Below are positions 27,107 through 32,002 of a stretch of 32,002 nt of DNA, in pieces. Source of the DNA: a virus (taxonomy: Duplodnaviria; Caudoviricetes); IMG/VR virus record IMGVR_UViG_3300005805_000287, positions 1-32,002 of that record, one strand, 5' to 3'. Both the position numbers and the translations under genes were made by a program. The notes beneath the pieces are model-generated. The model searched no databases. It saw only the letters and a list, made by a program, of their open reading frames with translations, and was not told where the DNA came from. The first letter of the stretch is position 1; each line of letters opens with the position of its first letter.

Positions 27107-27633
27107 CCATGAAGTTCCTAGCGGGAATGGTTTTGGCTGGTTTGGTTTCGGTTGGGTTTGCAGTAGGTGCGTCGTCTAAGGCGGTTGCACCGATTGTTGT
27201 TGCTGCACCGATTGTTGAAACGACGACGACAACAACGACAACGGTTGTTCCGCTGGTGGTTGATGCTGACGCGAAGTGTGGGCAATGGTGGTCTGTTGCT
27301 GTTGCGTCTGGTTGGGATGAAATTGATTTGCGTGATTTGGATGAAGTGTTGTTTCGTGAAAGTCGTTGTGATGCGTCACAGGTGAATGCGAGCGACCCGA
27401 ACACGGTGGATGGTGTGAAGGGTTCTGTTGGGTTGGCTCAAATCAATGTGTTTTGGGTGCAGCCGACTAAGTGGTATCCGAAGGGATACTTGCAGACGCA
27501 CACCATCGTTTCGGGTGCGCATGATTTGTTTGACCCGTTCTTGAATTTGCGGGCGGCGAAGGCGGTGTTTGACTATGACCGAAGCGAAGGAAGGTGTGGT
27601 TGGTCGGCGTGGGCTTGGAAAGGCTGCGATTGA
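27103..27633 (+). CDS. Signal-peptide-bearing lytic transglycosylase (SLT/lysozyme-like)
   Basis: Signal-like N-terminus, poly-Thr linker, RESRC (catalytic Glu), GLAQIN, LFDP..N..AA, GWSAW. Confidence 0.8.
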   Translation: MTMKFLAGMVLAGLVSVGFAVGASSKAVAPIVVAAPIVETTTTTTTTVVPLVVDADAKCGQWWSVAVASGWDEIDLRDLDEVLFRESRCDASQVNASDPNTVDGVKGSVGLAQINVFWVQPTKWYPKGYLQTHTIVSGAHDLFDPFLNLRAAKAVFDYDRSEGRCGWSAWAWKGCD

Positions 27634-27665
27634 TGTCTGTGGCGCGTTCTAATGCGGGCTGCAAT

Positions 27666-27698
27666 GGGTGGGGTGCAGATACCACCCCCACCCTTTTT
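27666..27698 (+). terminator. Intrinsic terminator
   Basis: GGGTGGGGTG / CACCCCCACCC hairpin then TTTTT. Confidence 0.7.
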
Positions 27699-27790
27699 GA
27701 ACGCTCTACGGGCTTCCTATTGCGTGCTTTTTCTGGAAACCGCATGGAATAAGGGTTTTGCAAGAAATTTGGGAAATCTGGCTGAATGAC

Positions 27791-27835
27791 TTGCAATCAG
27801 GTGGATGACGGGCTTATGCTGAACCCATCGGGATA
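27791..27835 (+). promoter_or_regulatory. Conserved promoter copy P4
   Basis: TTGCAA 27791-27796, 18-nt spacer, TATGCT 27815-27820, CATCGGGATA 27826-27835. Confidence 0.78.
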
Positions 27836-27850
27836 ACGAAGGGAACAGAC

Positions 27851-28300
27851 ATGAAAAACAAATTCAAGGGTCAATGCCACACTTGCAAAACATTCGTTGC
27901 CGCAGGTGAAGGCGAATACGAAGGTGGATACACCTTCTGTTCAGAATTCATTGGCACAAGCGATGCGCCACAATCATTGCGCGACACATTCAATGCATGG
28001 GGCTTCTCATGCATCAACGAATTGAACCGCAAAGCAGCAACATCATTTGCAAATCGTTTTGAAGTTCGCGCCGCGCGCCGCGCCGAAGAACAGGAAAGCG
28101 CACCAACTGCCGAAGAAATTGCCGCCAACAAAGCCGCAAGCGACCTTGCCAACAAGCAAGCCCGCGCTGCACGCCGCGCCGAACTTCAAGAATTGAAAAA
28201 AGCGAACATCTGCCCCCGATGCATGGGCGAAGGCGGTTCTGATGCATGGCGGGCGACAGGCTGGACTTGCAACCGTTGTCACGGAACGGGCAAGTTCTAG
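27851..28300 (+). CDS. Zinc-finger protein with DnaJ-type CxxCxGxG repeats
   Basis: N-terminal CHTC; C-terminal CPRCMGEG and CNRCHGTG. Confidence 0.75.
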   Translation: MKNKFKGQCHTCKTFVAAGEGEYEGGYTFCSEFIGTSDAPQSLRDTFNAWGFSCINELNRKAATSFANRFEVRAARRAEEQESAPTAEEIAANKAASDLANKQARAARRAELQELKKANICPRCMGEGGSDAWRATGWTCNRCHGTGKF

Positions 28301-28309
28301 AACCGATAG

Positions 28310-28352
28310 TTGCAATACATCAATCAACCGATATACTGAATACATCAGGATA
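28310..28352 (+). promoter_or_regulatory. Conserved promoter copy P5
   Basis: TTGCAA 28310-28315, 16-nt spacer, TATACT 28332-28337, CATCAGGATA 28343-28352. Confidence 0.78.
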
Positions 28353-28387
28353 GAAAACAACCAACAACAAAAAAGGAAAAAGGAACA

Positions 28388-29008
28388 ATGAAAAAAGCAG
28401 ACATCATCAAAGCAACAAGCAAGTTTGACACTTGCGCAATTTTTGAAGTTGCGCGAGGCGACAGCACTTGGAAGCGATATGCCCGATTGCTGACCGACGA
28501 AGAAAAAAATGCAATGACCGAAGGCAGGAATTCCTACCGATACAGCCGAACAGCACCATCAGTAATCATTGTGTATGTGAATGCAATTCACGCCAACGGG
28601 GAAAAATCTTCTTCGCCAAGCGCATACGCCGAAGATATGGTCACAGATTTTGTGGATGCACAAAACCATTATGGTCGCACCGATGCAGAAAGCGTGCCAC
28701 TTGCCCGCATCAAGCGATGCGTCAATGAGACACAATCGTTTGTGGATTTCTGGAACGCAGAAATCGTTGCGAAGAAAGATTTGGCAAAGCGTCAAAAGGA
28801 TGCCGATGAGCGAGCAAGGCAAGCCAACATCAATCACACAAACCGCATCCGCAACCTGAATGACCGCATCAATGAACTTGGCTTTGAAGAACGGGTAGGC
28901 AGCACATACAGTTCATACAAGCGTGAAGTGACCATCAGCGTTGAAACGCTCACCGAACTTGTGCGCCTAGCCGAACAAGCCAAGATGACCGACAAGGTAG
29001 GTGCGTGA
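28388..29008 (+). CDS. Hypothetical protein (206 aa), C-terminal coiled coil
   Basis: Follows P5 and A-rich leader. Confidence 0.78.
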   Translation: MKKADIIKATSKFDTCAIFEVARGDSTWKRYARLLTDEEKNAMTEGRNSYRYSRTAPSVIIVYVNAIHANGEKSSSPSAYAEDMVTDFVDAQNHYGRTDAESVPLARIKRCVNETQSFVDFWNAEIVAKKDLAKRQKDADERARQANINHTNRIRNLNDRINELGFEERVGSTYSSYKREVTISVETLTELVRLAEQAKMTDKVGA

Positions 29009-29010
29009 AT

Positions 29011-29181
29011 ATGGCAAAGGAACGGATACCAACCAACATTGAAATCGCAAGACGCAACGCAATTCTGTCGGCGGTGGATAAAATCGTTACGCACGAACTT
29101 GGCAATCATTGGACATTGGAAGCGCACATGGCACGCAAAGCCGCACTTCTGGAAATCATCAACAACAACGAAGGGGAATAA
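29011..29181 (+). CDS. Hypothetical protein (56 aa), not in ORF track
   Basis: MAKERIPTNIEIARRNAILSAVDKIVTHELGNHWTLEAHMARKAALLEIINNNEGE; fills the gap with 2-nt spacers on each side. Confidence 0.65.
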   Translation: MAKERIPTNIEIARRNAILSAVDKIVTHELGNHWTLEAHMARKAALLEIINNNEGE

Positions 29182-29183
29182 CA

Positions 29184-29390
29184 ATGGCAATCCTTATCAG
29201 CAACGACATCCGTATCATCTGCGACAAATGCGGCGCAGAACATCACAGCGACCATCAAACCGTTGGCGCAGCGCGACGCGAAGCAATGGAATTGGGATGG
29301 GGCAACAGCCGCAACCAAGACATCTGCACCAAGTGCCGACTACGCAAACCGAAAGGTTGGACAGATGAACGATGGGAACAAATCAAATGA
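29184..29390 (+). CDS. Small zinc-ribbon protein
   Basis: CDKC..GW..D.CTKC; AAGGGGA RBS. Confidence 0.7.
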   Translation: MAILISNDIRIICDKCGAEHHSDHQTVGAARREAMELGWGNSRNQDICTKCRLRKPKGWTDERWEQIK

Positions 29391-29590
29391 AGTTCACCAT
29401 CTTGGTCGCAGCAATGTTCGCAACAGCAATCCTTGCACCGAACAGCGAAAAGACCATTGGCGATGATTGGGCAATACACCCATTCAGCATCGCCATCACA
29501 ACGCTAATCATCATGGGCTGCTGGATACTTTCGGAAACCAATACACCCCCTAGATACAATCGCCGCAAAGGAAAGGAACACAAAAACTGA
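29387..29590 (+). CDS. Small membrane protein
   Basis: Two hydrophobic segments, basic tail; ATGA overlap. Confidence 0.6.
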   Translation: MKFTILVAAMFATAILAPNSEKTIGDDWAIHPFSIAITTLIIMGCWILSETNTPPRYNRRKGKEHKN

Positions 29591-29684
29591 TGAATGAATG
29601 TGTGGTGGCAAGCGCAAGCGAAAGCGCGTTAGTTCCTTCCCCGCGCCGCTTCGCCCGTGCAATTCGGGCGCACCACATCATTCA
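29591..29684 (+). ncRNA. tRNA-elbow-like RNA element C
   Basis: TGTGGTG/CACCACA stem stacked on CGCCCG-TGCAATT-CGGGCG; inner AAGCG/CGCTT and GCGCG/CGCGC stems with TTAG loop; outer TGAATGA/TCATTCA. Confidence 0.6.
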
Positions 29685-29702
29685 GAACGAAAGGCGATTT
29701 CA

Positions 29703-29858
29703 ATGGAACACCTATCACCACAACACTTGCACAACGCAATTGAATTCCTACAAAAAGTGTTCGTGGGTTCAGCCGATGAACAGCGGCTGGTGGAAACAAT
29801 CAACGCACTACATCGGGAACTGAAAAGGAAACAAAATGCAAAACGAAAACAAAGTTGA
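29703..29858 (+). CDS. Hypothetical protein (51 aa)
   Basis: ATG 29703 after GAAAGG; helical. Confidence 0.6.
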   Translation: MEHLSPQHLHNAIEFLQKVFVGSADEQRLVETINALHRELKRKQNAKRKQS

Positions 29859-30066
29859 TGGTCTGGTTGCAGAAACCGAAGCATGGCAAGCAAGATGCGA
29901 CGAACTGACAATTGCCAATGAGCAATTACGCGACCAGCGCGAAATCGCACGCAACCTTGCACAACGCTTGGAAGAAGCCTTGACCCAATCCGAAGAAAAG
30001 GTGAAAGAACTTTCGGCAACGGTGGACAGGCTCAGGTTGCACATTCAGCAAGGCGTGGAACTGTGA
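29836..30066 (+). CDS. Coiled-coil hypothetical protein
   Basis: AAAAGGAAAC RBS; heptad pattern. Confidence 0.7.
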   Translation: MQNENKVDGLVAETEAWQARCDELTIANEQLRDQREIARNLAQRLEEALTQSEEKVKELSATVDRLRLHIQQGVEL

Positions 30067-30149
30067 TGTTGGATGGCGTGCTTGTTATCGCAATTGTTGC
30101 CTTGTCGGGCATCCTTCTAGGTCTTGCGCTCAGGAACTTAGCGGAATGA
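30066..30149 (+). CDS. 27-aa single-TM micro-protein, not in ORF track
   Basis: MLDGVLVIAIVALSGILLGLALRNLAE; TGATG and ATGA coupling on both sides. Confidence 0.55.
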   Translation: MLDGVLVIAIVALSGILLGLALRNLAE

Positions 30150-30328
30150 AATGGGCGATGTATCTAGCGGGGATGGTCGTTGGTGGATGCGTTGGTTTTA
30201 TCGCCGCACAAATAAACGCAACAAAAAAACAGAACGCACAAGCGAAACAAACACAGGTAGTCATTCAGGAATTAGCGGGCTTGCGTGGCGAGATGCACGC
30301 AACACAACAAGAACGATGGCGGTACTAA
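30146..30328 (+). CDS. Small membrane-anchored protein
   Basis: N-terminal TM; coupled both sides. Confidence 0.6.
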   Translation: MKWAMYLAGMVVGGCVGFIAAQINATKKQNAQAKQTQVVIQELAGLRGEMHATQQERWRY

Positions 30329-30564
30329 TGCCAAGCGAAGTCGGTGACATCATCCCCGAAATGCCACGAACAATCCTTGAAGCCGACAGCGATGGCTGCG
30401 TGCGATGGATAGCACGACTTCATCCCGACAACACACACGGCTTAGAAGAACGCATTGATGTTCTGCTGTGGATGTGGGCAGACGGTTCAATACATCTAGC
30501 AACACGACCCGCAGCACATCCTGATTGGTCTTGGTCAATCCCAACCTTCCCTGACCGCGTATGA
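30328..30564 (+). CDS. Hypothetical Trp-rich protein (78 aa)
   Basis: TAATG coupling at 30328; ATGA overlap at end. Confidence 0.6.
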   Translation: MPSEVGDIIPEMPRTILEADSDGCVRWIARLHPDNTHGLEERIDVLLWMWADGSIHLATRPAAHPDWSWSIPTFPDRV

Positions 30565-30854
30565 ACGAACCAATGACCCAAGCAACCGAAGTGTTGGTGA
30601 ACGCATCCGTCATCATCAACAACGACAGAAATAACACATACGGTCATGTAGTTGATGACTACGAAAAAGTACGAACCATCTTCTACGGGCTGACAGGAAT
30701 AGAACTTGACTTGCATCAATGCCTGATGTTCATGGCATCCGTCAAACTTGCACGCATCAGAACCAACCTTGCACGCAACATCCTGCACAAAGACAGCCTG
30801 ACCGACCTGATTGGATACCTGTCACTTCAAGCAGAAATCACCAAACCAACATGA
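30561..30854 (+). CDS. DUF6378-like phage protein
   Basis: A..II..DR..TYG..M..VKLAR..HKDSLTDLIGY. Confidence 0.7.
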   Translation: MNEPMTQATEVLVNASVIINNDRNNTYGHVVDDYEKVRTIFYGLTGIELDLHQCLMFMASVKLARIRTNLARNILHKDSLTDLIGYLSLQAEITKPT

Positions 30855-31054
30855 CCACCATCATCTGCGATTGGTGCAAACAAATCCTGACCCATCAACC
30901 GCGTCGCATCATCGGATGCAACTGCGACCCTGACGCGCCGCAATGGTGCTACATAGACCTTGATGGAACACCCAAAGGATTGCGCGCTGCAAGATACACA
31001 ATCATCAACAAAGGGGAACAGAATGAACAAAATCAAAACACGAAGGAAACATAA
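30851..31054 (+). CDS. Small zinc-binding protein
   Basis: IICDWC..GCNC; ATGA overlap at 30851. Confidence 0.65.
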   Translation: MTTIICDWCKQILTHQPRRIIGCNCDPDAPQWCYIDLDGTPKGLRAARYTIINKGEQNEQNQNTKET

Positions 31055-31265
31055 GACGCGGCGACTACCTGCCGAACCGTTGATAAGTATGTTCAACGGT
31101 GAACTATCGGATGGACAGATTGCAGCAGCATTAGACGCATCACGCAGCCGCATCGCAAGATGGCGACGGAACGGAATACCTTTCTATCAAGCGGATGAAT
31201 TAGCCTGTCAGATAGGCGTTCACCCTTCACACATTTGGGGCAAACAATGGTGGCAATCCCAATAG
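31023..31265 (+). CDS. HTH DNA-binding protein
   Basis: IAAALDASRSRIARWRRNG..ADELAC.IGVHPSHIWG; AAGGGGAAC RBS. Confidence 0.72.
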   Translation: MNKIKTRRKHKTRRLPAEPLISMFNGELSDGQIAAALDASRSRIARWRRNGIPFYQADELACQIGVHPSHIWGKQWWQSQ

Positions 31266-31705
31266 ACGAACTGAAACCACACCCACGCAATGTGCGACAA
31301 GGTGACATCGGCGCAATATCGGTAAGCCTAGAAACCTTTGGACAATACCGACCCATCATCTATCAAAAGAAAACCATGCACATCATCGCAGGCAACCACA
31401 CATGGAAAGCCGCAAAACAATTGGGATGGAAAACAATCAACGCAGAACCATTTGATTGCGACAATGACACAGCACTACGCATCCTGATAGCAGACAATCG
31501 CGCAACAGACCTAGCCACCTATGATGAAACATCATTACTAGAAATCTTGAAAGAACTAGCCGCCACCGAAAAACAATTAGATGGAACATTGTTTGACCTG
31601 CAAGACCTGCAACAACTACAAGACGACACCACCCCACCACTACCACCCGAACCAACAACCATCATCTGCCCCGAATGCGGCGCACAAGTGAGACACCAAC
31701 CGTGA
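31247..31705 (+). CDS. ParB/Srx N-terminal-domain protein
   Basis: LKPHPRNVR, FGQYRPII, IIAGNH..AA..LG, IADNR; C-terminal CPECG. Confidence 0.85.
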   Translation: MVAIPIDELKPHPRNVRQGDIGAISVSLETFGQYRPIIYQKKTMHIIAGNHTWKAAKQLGWKTINAEPFDCDNDTALRILIADNRATDLATYDETSLLEILKELAATEKQLDGTLFDLQDLQQLQDDTTPPLPPEPTTIICPECGAQVRHQP

Positions 31706-32002
31706 TACATCGCCCATGCTTGAACTGCGGAACACTAAGCAACCACACCCGTTGCATCATCTGCCAACGCGCCCACGACAAAATCAAAAACAATAAACCC
31801 AAACCCGCACATCGTCGCGGCAGTTACAAACGACGCGCCAAACAAGTCGTTGCACAAGCAACCCATTGCTGGTTGTGTGGCAAGGCTGCAATCATCAACG
31901 ACCCATTCACGGCAGACCATGTGATAGCGGGCGACCCTGAAAGCCCCCTGCTACCCGCACACCGAAGTTGCAACAGCCGACGCGGAAACCGAACCCCAAC
32001 AC
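31702..32002 (+). CDS. HNH endonuclease (truncated by window end), not in ORF track
   Basis: GTG 31702; RPCLNCG..RCIIC, CWLCG..TADHV..PAHRSCNSRRG; no stop before the end. Confidence 0.85.
   Translation, partial: MIHRPCLNCGTLSNHTRCIICQRAHDKIKNNKPKPAHRRGSYKRRAKQVVAQATHCWLCGKAAIINDPFTADHVIAGDPESPLLPAHRSCNSRRGNRTPT

Noticed and set aside
27851-28300. DnaJ chaperone
   Set aside because: Only CxxCxGxG repeats; no J-domain HPD motif
36-28352. CRISPR array or att sites from the repeated CATCGGGATA
   Set aside because: Copies are kilobases apart, tied to -10 boxes, and no cas or integrase gene is present
29590-29823. ORF-track ORFs spanning 29590-29700
   Set aside because: Region is strongly self-complementary; the plausible gene starts at 29703 with its own RBS
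31247-31705. Plasmid-prophage parABS system
   Set aside because: Only a ParB/Srx N-terminal domain; no ParA or parS repeats; such genes are common near terminases

Overview
Near-complete genome of a tailed dsDNA phage (siphovirus-type, HK97-fold head, 893-aa tape measure), with essentially all credible genes on the + strand. A WhiB gene points to an Actinomycetota host; a freshwater Acidimicrobiia-like host is a looser inference. Gene order is terminase, portal, protease, capsid, tail, lysis, phosphoesterase, recombination/replication, small genes, ParB-like and an HNH endonuclease truncated at the window end. I see no integrase, CRISPR array or canonical tRNA. Five copies of a sigma70/SigA-type promoter with a conserved CATCRGGATA box each head a cassette of uncharacterised genes; one cassette precedes terS and one splits the head module. 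Three anticodon-less tRNA-elbow-like RNA folds (UGCAANY T-loop) lie in intergenic gaps of these cassettes. Other unusual features are a minimal Pol X fused to a SWIM zinc finger, a prohead protease with a HiPIP-like Cys4 domain, and strong apparent depletion of many 4-mers that relaxes in the tail-fibre module. All family calls come from reading motifs by eye, not from database searches.
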